Assembly: GCA_964016885.1 (NCBI GenBank)
Contig: OZ024742.1
Location: 265,484,001 to 265,547,959, forward strand
Reading direction: 5' to 3'
Source: Eledone cirrhosa
Lineage: Eukaryota
DNA: 63,959 nucleotides
Below, piece by piece: positions 26,293 to 39,458 of the stretch. The notes beneath the pieces were generated by a model. It was not told where the DNA came from. It saw nothing but the letters and a program-made list of their open reading frames with translations, and searched no databases. Position 1 is the stretch's first letter, and every line of letters starts with the position of its first letter. The position numbers were made by a program, and so were the translations under genes.

Positions 26293-26595
26293 GAAAATAA
26301 TGATACCTACAAATCGACAACGTGCGGACATATATGAACATACAAGCACGTTCGGCTGTTCTTATTGGTAATTTTAATGGAAACATTAAGGATATAGACA
26401 GATCAATTACATTTCATGAACATAGATATCCACCTATACACACATACAGACATATACAGAAACACATACATGGACACATACACCCCCCTCACATACATAT
26501 ATATTATTCCACATACACATACGTGGACACATACACCCCCCCCCCCCCCCACACACACACATATATATCCACATATACATATGTGGACACACACA

Positions 26596-26650
<55 letters not shown>

Positions 26651-28004
26651 ATATACATCCACATACACATACACGCATACATACACATTCATACATATAA
26701 CGTACAGAAAGTGTTCGTAAGAAAGAGTTCGTTTGTGTGTCATAATACTGACCAATGTCCTGGAAGTGATCTCACTTTTTCTTAAGTATCTGTGCTCCCC
26801 GTGCTCCGTGGGGGTCGTACCTAGAATATACGTGCGCTTGCTGGTGCTTACAGTTCATCACAACTTCAGATCTCCTGTTGTGGTCCTTTAGTTTGATAAT
26901 ATCCATTGATTCCAAAAGGTAAAGCCGACGCTATCTACCTCCAAGCGCATATGGAGGTGCATAACTCAGAATTTCCCATTTCATTTTGAAGTTTATGCTG
27001 TTCCTAAGTCACCACACCTGCTCCGCCAGACTGGTTTGCGATCTTTTATGCCTATGTTTGAAGGAGCTGGTGTTTGAAAGCATAATGTATTTTGAAAATA
27101 GTTATAACGTTTCGGGTCCTAGCCCTGCATCCCATGATAGAAAAAATACAACGGATGTTTGGTGGATGTATGAAAAAGGAACGTTTTCTGTTCTTAACCT
27201 TTTCTGTTCCTTTTTCTTATATCCACCAGATTATTTTCAAATTATATCTTGCGTTAAATTAATATGCCATTTGGAAATATTATCACCACAATGCAGAAAA
27301 CTATAATAATAGTTGGATAAATTGGAGAACTTTTTCGCATTCGTCGGTGGCGATTGTCAAACACATCAGAATGCGAGAAAGTTCTCTAGGAAAGTTAACC
27401 AGGAATCTTTAAAAATCTTCCCACCGAAGTTAACAAAGAACTTACTAGCTCTACAAAACTAAATTATAAAATTATAATATAAAATTAAATCAAATTGTTT
27501 AGAGCTACAAGTGAAGTCATTCTTTTCCTCTTTTCAAATATACCTAACTGAACCAAGGATTTCACACATTTTCCTATATATATATAATTAAAGTTTTCGC
27601 TCTGACATAGCTGTATACATATATATACGTATGTGTGTTTTGTATATCTAATGATATACAGTATGTTAACAAATAAACATTTGAAAGCCTTTAGCTATCA
27701 GCCGACAGCGCCATATGCAAATGAGGCTAATCAGCCTATGTATATAGACGTAGAAACTATATATGTTCGTCTATATTGAATGCCACCAGAAAGCAGGATA
27801 TGGAAAGCACTGCCTTAATAACAACCATCAGTCAGAAACGATCATCGGTAGTTGCTCTGTCCTGCTTCTGCAGAAATGCGCTAGATAGCGCTAGCCATCA
27901 GCTTGCAAAATTCATAGGTAAAGACTTTAAAATGCTGATTCGTAAACAAACTGTATATCATTCAATATATAAAATACACGCACAGTCACACACAGACACA
28001 TACA

Positions 28005-28068
<64 letters not shown>

Positions 28069-28597
28069 TAATGGGTAAAGGAAAACAATTAATATGTATC
28101 TATACGCCTATGTATATGCATGTATCTGCAATTATATGTTACACACTTTCAAAAAGGTAGAGTGAAAAAGGCAAACGCGAACTGCTATTTCTAGCGAACC
28201 AGTTTGCTTGCCAACAGTCCATTTATTAGTTCCTTTCTTGTGAAATATATTCCACGTGATGGTTGTCCTTTTTGAAGAATACATCTGTCATGATTATTAT
28301 TTTAAATCTCTCCGGGTACAAGAAGATTCTTTGAAGTTCCCCGTTCTCATAATCCTGTATGCTAAATTATTAGAATATTAGGGTCACAGGACACAACTGC
28401 AGTAATAATCATGAAGTATTTTGAGGTAAAATTGTGTCATTACTTTATTTTACTAATTATTAATTTTATGGCTCTGACTAATTGATTAATGATTTAGTTA
28501 ATTCATTCATTGAACAAAAACTGAAATTAATGAACGTATGTATCTATATGCTTATGTGCATGAATATATGTATCTGCAATTATATATATATATATGC

Positions 28598-28705
<108 letters not shown>

Positions 28706-29547
28706 CATGTGATTCTGAAAATGACTGGTGGTGGTACCAAAATGAACATTCGATGCACAGACAGTGTATATATTAAGAAAAACGATGAAGTTTCCTTCAC
28801 AAGCATTTAGTATTTTACTGTTACGCGCGCTTGGGAGAGAATTGGCTCAAGGTCATTCATAGAAGTTATGGACACGAATCCATTATCGATCTGCTCTTGA
28901 GACTGGTGATTTAAGACCAAAGCCAACCGGCAGGAGAGCCCAAGGTATAACTCTAACAAGATGGTGAGATAACACCCAAAAGATCATTTGGCCGCGCTTG
29001 GTGACCCAGCCGGATCAAATGGAGACTTGTGTTTTCTGATGAGACCATGTGGAAGGTCTATATGAGCTTTCTGCCTCCACGATGGTGGTGGTATTATGGT
29101 GACAGTAGCGGATGGTTATTATGGTAGGGATATTAGGCTGAAGGTGTGGGATGTATAAGATTAGAGATTAATGGTGGGGGAGGTTTCTCTTGGGTGGGGA
29201 GAGAAAGAAAAGGTTATACCTGATAATAGCTATTCTAGCCTTCTATCGGGGATTGATACCATGCTTAAGGTGAATTGTCTTTTTCTTCCCTCTACCTCTC
29301 TTCCCCGCCCTTTCATTCTTTCTTTCTCTCCCTTCCCTCTTACTGCTACTTTTCTTTCTCTCCCTTCCTCCCACTTTTGCCTTCTTTCTTCTCCTCCCCT
29401 TCTACAGGCCACTGCCGCTTACAGTGCCATTGTTCTTCCCACTTGCGACGGGTTAAGGTCGGGTGGACGCACTCCATTTTTCTCTCTATATATATCTCTG
29501 ACACAAACATTATACCAATGAAGATATTTATTTCTTCGTTGTTACGA

Positions 29548-29617
29548 GCCACCTATTCTTCGCAGTAATTTCAGTTAAATCGTTGAAGCTGCAGGTGGTC
29601 TGCTATCTGATGAGCGT
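29548..29617 (+). ncRNA. Degenerate rearranged hammerhead-like motif
   Basis: gccacct..gcag-TA-atttcag-ttaaatcgtt-GAAG-ctgc-aggtggt-ctgctat-CTGATGA. Confidence 0.5.
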
Positions 29618-29797
29618 ATTTTAATGTTTGTGATCTCTTCTCACCCATTCTATTTCTTCCTTCCTATCATTTCTTCGAGTCAACTCACTCCGAGCCGCTG
29701 ATTTCTCTCCTTCGGGGTAATGTTTTACCCAATACCGTTTAGATGGCATTTTGCTGTTTTAACAGCTTCCTTACGCTGAGTTTTTCCATTTTCCTAC

Positions 29798-29834
<37 letters not shown>

Positions 29835-29839
<5 letters not shown>

Positions 29840-30156
29840 TATTAAATAAATGGAAACTATATTTATAAAACCATATTTATTTCATTATATATATTTCAGG
29901 GATAACATATTAACAATATGCTATGCCTTCCTCAGACAAAATACAATATAAACAGTTTTATAGATAAATAGATTCGACATACGGTATGTCGAATCTATTT
30001 ATCTGTCGAATCTATTTATCTATTTATCTATAAAACTGTTTATATTGTATTTTGTCTGAGGAAGGCATAGCATATTGTTAATATGTTATCCCTGAAATAT
30101 ATATAATGAAATAAATATGGTTTTATAAATATAGTTTCCATTTATTTAATACTGTA
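29835..30156. mobile_element. Near-perfect 320-bp palindrome of two inverted PLE pLTR segments
   Basis: Arms are reverse complements; each has a complete HHR (29878-29943 minus, 30048-30113 plus). Confidence 0.88.
30048..30113 (+). ncRNA. Type I hammerhead ribozyme
   Basis: tattttgt-CTGAGGA-agg.atagcatatt/aatatgttat.cct-GAAA-tatata-TA-atgaaata. Confidence 0.85.
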
Positions 30157-30239
30157 AATATACTCCAAATACTTGTCGAGTGCTTTTATATCAGTTATAA
30201 ATATTTACTAGTTGTAACCCAACAATTTAAATATAACTT

Positions 30240-30276
<37 letters not shown>

Positions 30277-30712
30277 TTGTTTCTACTATTGGCACAAGAC
30301 CAGCAATTACCCAGTACATTACTGGTACTTTATTTTATCGACCCCGTAAGGATGAAAGGCAAAGTTAACCTCGGCGGGATTTGAACTCAGGATGGCAAGG
30401 GCCGTAACTCTATGCGTCAAAGCATGGCGTCCGACCCTCTACCGATACAGCCAATTCACCGCCCATATTCATCATTATATATATATATATATAATGGTTT
30501 CTTATATAGGCACAAGGCCAGTAATTTGGGGGGAGGGGAAAGTCGATTAAATCGACCCCAGTGCGTGACTGGTACTTTATTTTATCGACCCCATAAGGAT
30601 GAAAGGCAAAGTTAACCACGGCGGGATTGGAGCTCAGATCATAAAGAGCCGTAACTCTATGCTGCAAAGCATGGCGTCCGACCCTCTACCGATACAGCCA
30701 ATTCCCGCCCAT
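30277..30712 (-). mobile_element. Two tandem SINE copies (30277-30465, 30495-30712)
   Basis: Both match the 6094 family and share the flank atattcatcatta. Confidence 0.9.
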
Positions 30713-30817
30713 ATTCATCATTATATATATATATATAATGATGAATGGAAATGGCTGTGTTGTTACTATTTAAGGTAACTTAAAAGGCAGTGGGAATACG
30801 AAGAAAACAAGAACGGG

Positions 30818-30891
30818 GGGGTTCCTCATCAGTTGTCTACTAGGGGTCTCGGATATTTCTACGCTTTAAAGACAATCTATCTCGCCCCAAT
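30818..30891 (-). ncRNA. Rearranged hammerhead-like motif, cleavage-site U mutated
   Basis: Minus strand gggg..gata-GA-ttgtct-ttaaagcgta-GAAA-tatc..cccc..agacaa-CTGATGA. Confidence 0.55.
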
Positions 30892-31050
30892 GGAAGAAAA
30901 GAGAAAACAGTTACAAAACAGCGAAAAAAACAAACAAACCGATCAATGTGCGGGCAACTTAAGGTAAGGAAATCCAAGACCACTCGATAAGAGAACTTAA
31001 GTTCAAGACATGTGTGTGTGGGGGGGGGGGGGGGGTGTAATGTATATATA

Positions 31051-32443
31051 TCAATACTATAAAGCTGACGGCCGTATGTAGGTAACAAACTTTCCGCCAA
31101 ACGGCTGGACCAAACACCACCAGATTTGCACCATAGATGTAACTTTTTCCAAGTAAAAAAATGAGGGTAATTTTGTCTCCTGAATTTTGTTAAAAGATTA
31201 AAGACATTAATTAAATATTCACTTCTTTAAAATTTTAAATGTCAACACTTCCGGTTATACGTCATTCCTCACTTTTTCTTATGACGTCGCACAACATACC
31301 CCTCTTTTTCTTAGTCTGTCTTTTTAGATAGCTCTTTTTACATAGCTCTTTGTATGTCTGGCTGTCTGCATTAGATAACGTTTTTCGAAATATTTACTTC
31401 TGCGTTCACAGACTGATTTTTTTAGTTAAGGGTAAAAGCAGCGATTCTTTGCTTAAACTTTAATGTTATTTTAATATATATATATTCGTGTACAGATATT
31501 TTTGCATACACAAAAACAAAAACCTATTTATTTCACGAAAGCACAGACGGCTTATCGTCATTGTTACTCTTCGAGGCTAGAGGACCACAGTCTTTCCAAG
31601 ATCTGAGAACCATCAATGGCTATCAATGTTCCACTTACCGTTTGGCTTGCCAGATGCGTGGTATGTTACACAATTACAGCAATTGGCATCTCACCCTGCA
31701 AGAAGCAGCAGCTGCTAAATCCCTTCTCAGCTGCGAAAACCTTTTGCTATTATGCTTCACAACTGCGATATCGCCGACCCTCTCGCACTGTGGAACAACC
31801 ACCGTGAAAGTCTAGCTGAGGACATCCTCCACCGCACACGCAGACACAATCCAAACGTAACATACGATGTCGTTTTCAATGAGGCACTCATTTGTCTTGA
31901 AAACAGTGTCCTGGAGATTGGTGGTAGGCCTGTAAGTCACTACAGCTTACCTGCTCCTGACAGGAGTGTCCAGAGGTCAACGTCTACAGAGCTTCTCCGC
32001 GAGACGAGCTACGAAATCAATGATTATCCCATGGTCAATTGTATGTAGGATGCCCTAGGGTGAGCTCGCAAAACAACCTTTTCATCTTTGCTCAGGAAGT
32101 CCGAACAAAAAATATTGTATTCTCTGAGGCTCTAACAATGTAATTTAAATATTTTCTGTTACTTGGAATTTCCATTATGGTTATATTATTGTTTGTTAAA
32201 AAATGTGTTCTCTGTTCAGCCTTTATTGTTGTAACTATCAATTTTCTTTAACGTACTGGCTGTTGAACTAGGAAATCCTAAACAGTTCAAACCCAACATC
32301 AGAGCACGTTAACCCCCCCCCCCCCCTCCACCTCGCTGACTTGAGATGGCGTGCGGTATCTTTTCACTGGAGTGTAGGGGGGATTCCTGAAAAGATGAAA
32401 TGCCGGTATACCTAGCCCGTCGCCAGCGGGACGGGCCAGCTAG
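31051..32443 (+). mobile_element. Helitron deletion derivative with RepHel fragment
   Basis: a|TCaatactataaa start; gcccgtc/gacgggc hairpin then CTAG|t. Internal 31561-32030 reads RGPQSFQDLRTINGYQCSTYRLAC..GML..W..TLQEA / DPLALWNNHRESLAEDIL (Rep-helicase linker). Confidence 0.9.
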
Positions 32444-32535
32444 TAACTCTATAAAGTTAACTGTCTCTAAGACGTAAATAAAGTTATATTAATATAAATT
32501 ATTTACTCAGAGAAGTATTAAAATATTAAAAGTAG

Positions 32536-32995
32536 TAAAACATAAGCCGAAATCTCAATTTTGGGGAATACAAGCCAAATTGCCTAAAAAATATCGGCTT
32601 CAATCTATATTGACTGCTCCAAGATTGTTGATCTGATATATACGGTTTTGGCTGCTGTTTCCAGCGTCAATACAAGCCTGTCATATTGTCCTGATACATT
32701 AAGTAGTTAATATTCATATACAGTAATTCAGTGTCGCAACATGTTTCACCACGCGATCTACTAATGGCATGATATGTATGATATATATTCAACTTTTCTC
32801 TTTGGTTGGAATATAGTAATTCAGTGATACAACACCTTCAACATACGGTCTAGCAGTGAAATGATATGTATGATATATTGTCAACTTGTCCCCTTATTTC
32901 TAAGAACAATTCACCACCAGATGAGGGCAATTTAATTCTTCCAATATTGGTTATTTGGCTTGTATTCTCCCGAAAATAAGATTTTGGCTCACGTT

Positions 32996-32998
<3 letters not shown>
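32536..32998. mobile_element. MITE-like element with imperfect about 50-bp TIRs
   Basis: gccgaaatct..gaatacaagccaaat versus atttggcttgtattc..agattttggc. Confidence 0.6.
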
Positions 32999-33061
<63 letters not shown>

Positions 33062-33088
33062 GGGTGTGTATGATTGTGCATAGAAGAT

Positions 33089-33397
33089 TATATTAATAAA
33101 AGGAATTCCAACTTTGTCTGATTTACTCGTTTTATTTACAATCCTTTAAAATTATAATGATATTATAATGAAATATTATCGTAGAATATTAAATGTTAAA
33201 ATTTCAACTGTGAATGACAGTTGAAATTGCAAACTTGACTGTCACCACTGAATGTGAACCTGAAGATTGCGAAAGCATGAAAGTACTTGTTCAATTAACA
33301 TTTAATATTCTACCATAATATTTCATTATAATATCATAATTTTAAAGGATTGTAAATAAAACGAATAAATCAGACAAAGTTGGAATTTCTTTTATTA

Positions 33398-33402
<5 letters not shown>
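33089..33402 (+). mobile_element. Fold-back mini-element (about 110-bp inverted arms) with central hammerhead
   Basis: Arms 33089-33199 and 33295-33402; lies between (TA)n and (TATG)n. Confidence 0.85.
33255..33293 (+). ncRNA. Minimal type I hammerhead ribozyme
   Basis: tgaac-CTGAAGA-t-tgc-gaaa-gca-t-GAAA-gtac-TT-gttca; palindromic stem III AGTACT. Confidence 0.85.
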
Positions 33403-33430
<28 letters not shown>

Positions 33431-33436
33431 TGTATG

Positions 33437-33464
<28 letters not shown>

Positions 33465-33467
<3 letters not shown>

Positions 33468-33607
33468 TTGTCACAAGTGTAGTGTTTGTACCAGAGTTTT
33501 CAAGTCGCTGGCTGGACTAAAAGTCACACTCGTTCAGCGCATCGGTTGGAGTTCTACATGGATATAAAGTAGTGGCCGTACTCGAAAACGAGTTGGCAGC
33601 CACCATG
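33465..33607 (-). repeat. Short dispersed repeat; near-identical copy at 44193-44339 (+)
   Basis: Direct alignment by eye; both copies abut microsatellites. Confidence 0.9.
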
Positions 33608-33845
33608 TATGTATGTATGTATGTATGTATGTATGTATGTATGTATGTATGTATGTATGTATGTATATTATATATATATGTATGTATGTATGTATATATA
33701 TATATATATACATATATGTGTGTGTGTATGTATGTATGCATATGAGCTAGTACCATGACGGCGATGAATTTGATTTGCAAAGTTTTTGATATGAAATCGT
33801 GTGTTGAAAACAAATATTGTTATATTTGGGGAGGGTTATGTTATA

Positions 33846-34190
33846 ATATTGCCAGAAACAATAATAAAACACACTCACTGTTTGGTTTGGATTGGTTTTC
33901 GCTTCTGTATATTTTATATCTCTATAGTTAATTTAGCTGGCAATCAATGTTTATCATTGATTGACCAACGGTTAAATAGATATATATATATATATATATA
34001 GTCTATCAAAGTTCTTTCATCACACACCTGTGACATCATCAGTGGTACTATAAATATATATTTGTATTTATATTTTTAACCGTTGGTCAATCAATGATAA
34101 ATTAACTATAGGGATATAAAATATACAGAAGTGAAAACCAATCCAAACCAAACAGTGAGTGTGTTTTACTATTATTTCTGGCAATATATA
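33846..34190. repeat. Inverted repeat (33846-33977 / 34074-34190) with degenerate HHR at 34000-34050 (-)
   Basis: Minus strand tacca-CTGATGA-tgtcaca..tgtgat-GAAA-gaac-TT-tgata. Confidence 0.75.
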
Positions 34191-35227
34191 TAAATGCCTG
34201 AGTAGAAATATATAACAGATGTAGTGATGTATTATCTCGATAGCCGACATAATGTTGTGTAATATCATTATAAATGTGTGTGTGTGTATGTGTGTGTGCG
34301 CACGTGTGTGTGTGCAGAATTATACACACTCACATATGCAAGTACGCATGCACTCATACACACTGACACCTACTGTAAGTAGTCATACACATACATATAA
34401 CAATGCTGTGTGCACTTTAACAAAAAAAAAATGCTAAAAACAAAAAGGAAAAACGTATGAACACAAGCTAGAGACTGAATTGATGTCATGAAATGTCAAG
34501 AATGAGGTTTGCAGGAGTTATTGCATGTAGGCCCCGCATGTTTCACTAATTTCACTCTATATGTTCCATTTTCATTGGTTGACGGCAGAGGGTTAGGTAT
34601 GTATGTGTGTGTGTGAATGTGCATGTATGCGTGTGTGTGTGATGTCTAAGTTTGAATGGAGTATGTGTGTATGTGGTGTCTATGGTTGGATAGTGTATGC
34701 GTGAATGTGTGTGTATAGTACCTAAGATTGGACGAAATATGTGTGTCGTGTCATTGGTTAGATGTAGTAGTAGTATATATATATATATATATGCAAATTG
34801 TGTATGTCTGTGCATGTAATTGTATATGTGTGTAATGTCGAAGGTTAAATAGAGTATGTATGTGTGCGCCTATGTGTGTTTTTGGATGTGAATGTCTATA
34901 TACGTATGCGTCTATGTGTTGTGCCTCATATTGAGTGGAGTTGTATGCTAGTGTGTATATGTGTGTACATGTGTGTACATGTGTGTTTGTATAAGTTTGA
35001 CTATGGTTGGACGGAGTATTTGTGCGAATGTGTGTAATGTGTGTTTGTATTGGGTTTAAGGGTAGACGGTGTGTGTGATTGTGTGTATGAGAGTCTGTTA
35101 TAAAACAACGCCGAATGATTAAGAATTCTCGTTAAAATCATAAGGCTCCTGGTTCAATCCCACTTCCTAGCACCTTGGACAACCATCATTTACCATAGCA
35201 TCCAGTCAAGCCAAGCATTATTTAAAA

Positions 35228-35394
35228 GTAGAGGGTCGGACGCCATGCTTTCCAGCATATTTACGTCCCTTTACGATCTGAGTTCAAATCCCGCCGAGGT
35301 TGACTTTGCCTTTCATCCTTACGAGGTCGATAAAATAAAGTACCAGTAATGCACTGGGTGATTGCTGGCCTTGTGCCTAAAGTAGAAACAATTA
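35228..35394 (+). mobile_element. tRNA-derived SINE, 5'-truncated
   Basis: Matches the 6094 family. Confidence 0.9.
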
Positions 35395-37014
35395 TTTAAA
35401 AGTGAAATAATGTAAACAAAAACTGTTTGGAAGCCCGATGGATGGACTGTACCTCAAAGGGTCAGTCATGGTGCACACGGTGTCACGCCGACTCTTTCTG
35501 AGAATTAAGTTAAAGCATGCACACGACTGTGGAATGCTCAGCCACGGACCCGTTAATTTCACAAGTAAGAGATTTCGCTGATCGAACAGCTCCAAACACT
35601 TCGTCTAAACTGACTGAGATCCATTTACAATTTACCTGTGTATGTATATATATATGTATGCATGATGCACCTGTGTATATGCGTATATACGCGTGTATGG
35701 TGTCTAAGGGTGGATAGATTATTCTATATGAGAATGTGTGGGTATGTGCATGTATGTGTGCGTGTGTATATATTTGTATGTGTAAGTATGCATGTGATTG
35801 TAAGTGGTGTATACGTTTGGACGGAGTACTTGTAGATGTTTAGCTAATGTTCGGCCCTGAGTGAGCAGAACGAATATGAAAGTTATTCCCTTCTTTTCTT
35901 TATTTCTGTCAAAATTTATCTCGGCCTTAAATTATCCAGTGTCTTTTTAAAAAGAATTCAGGGTGCACAGTGAATGTTGCATGTTTGCTATTTCTGGTAG
36001 GTCGGGTGACAAGTCGTACATTGGAAGTTGATTGTTATGTGTATATACGCGCATTTGTGTATATGAGTGTATGGATTGGTTTACAGGAAATTTCAGAGGG
36101 ATGGCATACAGTGGTGAAATGATAAGTCGTAATGATTAATGCATAAACAGAGACCAGACACACAGAATGGGTAATGAGATGTAAGAGAAGTGCGGTAAGT
36201 TTGAATGGAGGCTATATGCAGCCATTTTAGTAGTGGTGTAAAAGGAAAAGTGAGACGACGACGGGCTAGGGGCTGGGGGGTGTTCGCCCGCGAGATATCA
36301 CCAATCAACCGGAAAAACCTTTCTTTTTTTTTCTGCGTATGTAGCAGTAGCACCATGCTAGAAGTAGGAGTAGTATTCCATTGAAGGACTTACTCCTAGA
36401 CTTTTAAAGAGACAACAGTTGTTCACTGTTGAAGTATTTTCTGTTCCTGAAGAACAAATTAGTCTTTTATACAGTTTCTTTGGCTATGTATTATCAAAAA
36501 TGCATACCCACATTCAATTTTTATTCATTTCTATTTCGAAGTTATCTCTTCTACATTTCTTTTCCAGAATAAAGCATCATAATATTGTTTTCCTCGCTGC
36601 GGTTGTAATTCCAACTGATTAAGCATTTCTTGGCTCACTACGTTTTTTATGTTAGTATGTTACTATGTTAGTGCCCATTTAATTATTGGCATGTTAACAG
36701 CACACTGGGAAATACATAATCTCAATGCCTATCAGAAAAATAGTCTTGCTATATTACATACACCTTTTCACAGCACACTTCAAGAATACACGGTTAAAAC
36801 GCTGAAAGTCACTACAATTTCGATGTTCACAATACTTCTGTCTACCAAGCATATGGTAATGTGCCTATAAATGTAGGTATGTACATACGTTTGTATATGT
36901 ATGTATGCACGTATTTATGAGTGTGTGTATATATATATGTAAGTATTTGTGTGTATGTATCTAGGTATGCATGCTATGCATGCATACATGCATGGTGATT
37001 GCTTCATCTTTGTA

Positions 37015-38240
37015 GATGATTGCCATCTGCCGTCATCAATTCCAAACGTCCGTTCATGGTCTCTTAGATGGCTTTTGAGTCCAACTGCAGATTTTCACGG
37101 TCTGCAACAAATGGGACAGACAAAAGATGTGACTTCTATTGGATGATTGTGCCAATTTGTGGGATGAATTTGATTTTCAGATTCTCTTAGACACCACGCA
37201 TATTGGCTCACCTAGTATTGGAGGGCGAGTGCTGCATACAGTTGGCTTTTCATGTGATTTTAAATGAGTGATATATTCATATTTAGAGAGCAGTAGACGA
37301 CCACACACATCATAAATCCAGCACCCTATGTTCTCATTGAGGTTCATACTGTGGCTTTTTGGAAGCTGACGTTTAAGCTTTTCATGGTCAAGACATCACT
37401 CTTCAAACATTTTGCAGCCTTCCTTCACATGTCCTCCCCATTCAACCCTCTTTAAAACAAGTACTTCCCAGTTCTGAACTTCAAACTGTAGATCCTTAAG
37501 GTTGTTCTTTATGCAATATTTATATATTTTTCTTGGCTTGATCTGACGTCGTTTCCCAGTGTGCAACTAACTGTAAAATAGTTGTTTTATGAGTTTTTCC
37601 TCATTCATGCCCACAACACATTTGATAGGATATTATGCCTGATGTAATGCTCGTGCAACCAGCATCTATAAGTATTTGCGTTTCAGCTACTATTTGCTGC
37701 CATTTGATGTTTATGATTCGTCTTAAACCCTTTTGATTAAAGTGTTCAAGCACATTAATGTGTTACAATGTGTTGTCCACGTTTCTGAAGAATTCAACAG
37801 AGCACCCAATATGCAGGCCTTGTACACACTAATTTTGGTTTTGATGTTGATGCCATGATCCACCCACACTCTCTTTTCGGGTTCTCTGTAGGCTACAGAG
37901 ACCTTCTTAATGCGTAGGTGGATTTCTACATCCAGCAAACAATCCCTCGAAAATGCATTGTCTATGTAAACAAAAGTATCAATTCCACCCAACCTAGTTC
38001 CATGCACCTTTATATTTAACTCAATATATACTTCCCCTGGTGATGGGGTGAACATTACCTTAGTCTTTTTCAGATTAATTTTCACACCAAAGTCATTACA
38101 AGAAGCTGCAAAACAATCAATGATGTGTTGCATGCCATCTTGAGAGTGAGCCAGAACGTCAACATCGTCTGCATACAGGAATTTTCTAATTGATATATGG
38201 AACACCTTGAACTTGTAATTGAACCTTCTTAGGTTAAGGA
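37015..38240 (-). mobile_element. RTE-clade LINE 3' half, decayed
   Basis: FLYADD, FGVKINLKKTKVM, KTKISVYKACILGALLNSSETWT. Confidence 0.9.
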
Positions 38241-38889
38241 TTCTTTGATTAAGCGTTAAAAAGAAACTAAGTACAGTGCGTATGCTTTTCCTTATTTAAA
38301 CGAATATATCACGACTGGTTGTGACCTATGTACAACTGAGGCTTTACATATTATAAATAGAAGACGCAAAGTTATTAATTAACGCTGTCCTATTTAACAC
38401 CTGTATGCATAAAATTCCGAAAACTTTCCGGTGAATATATAATTAACGCATCCATAATAAATCTCAAATAGACCATAAACTAGTTACTAAGCCATACATC
38501 AATACATAGTTACACAGGAATCTCCTTATCCAATAATCACTGCCTAGGATCGAAATGTAAATACGCAGAATTAAGTTCAAAAATAATAAAACAAACACAA
38601 ATTAGTAGTTCACTCGAGCCAAATCAATAAAATGTATGAACTGGAGAATGACATCTCTGGTAATTCGATATCGTAACCTACTAGCAATCACAGGACGCCA
38701 GCAACTATATAGCCTCCCGCTCCATATATAACTGCGAGAATACTAATAATATGCATATGTGTATTGGTCAACGACGTAAACACCACGAGAAACCAGTAAC
38801 ATATCAATAGATAGAATATATCTTAAACTATCTGATGAGAAAATGCCTGGGGGTTATTATGTAACCAGTCTGACATCTTCAATACAAAG

Positions 38890-39280
38890 TTCACAACAGC
38901 CTTGTGGACTGTGTATTGAAGAAAGGATAAATATTCTAAGGAGATTACGCAATAGCGATTGCCTAAATTCAAGCAATGAAATCTTCTCACGTTGTCCACA
39001 TGTCTGGAAATACCTCTTACATAACTACAAAGTTCCGGATTGAATAACAACAACATTCTAATTTTCTTATGAACTCGAATATCTTTTCTGGACTTTCGCA
39101 GTTATCTCCCTTACACCTTTCGCCCGTGGCTTTGTATCACTTGAGTGAAATGACCGTTTCTGCATATGCGCGTTCATACGGTTGTTCTTCCTGTTCCGTA
39201 TAACCATGACCAGTACGAGCTGAAGATCCGCTAAGGTGAAACAATTGTTCTCGGTATGGTGAACTAACTGTTATGTTACC
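38890..39280 (+). mobile_element. PLE family A 3' end with intact HHR at 39216-39253
   Basis: PCGLCIEERINIL..LNSSNEIFSRCPH; cgag-CTGAAGA-tccgctaaggt-GAAA-caattg-TT-ctcg. Confidence 0.88.
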
Positions 39281-39417
39281 ACTTCTACCTAACTCGTCCC
39301 ATGGACTGAGTGCTCTACCCCTACGGATATTAACTTCCAGTGTTCTACCTCTCTCTCTATATATATATACAGAGAGAGAGAGAGAGGAGAGAGAGAGAGA
39401 AAGAGAGAGAGAGAGAA

Positions 39418-39458
<41 letters not shown>

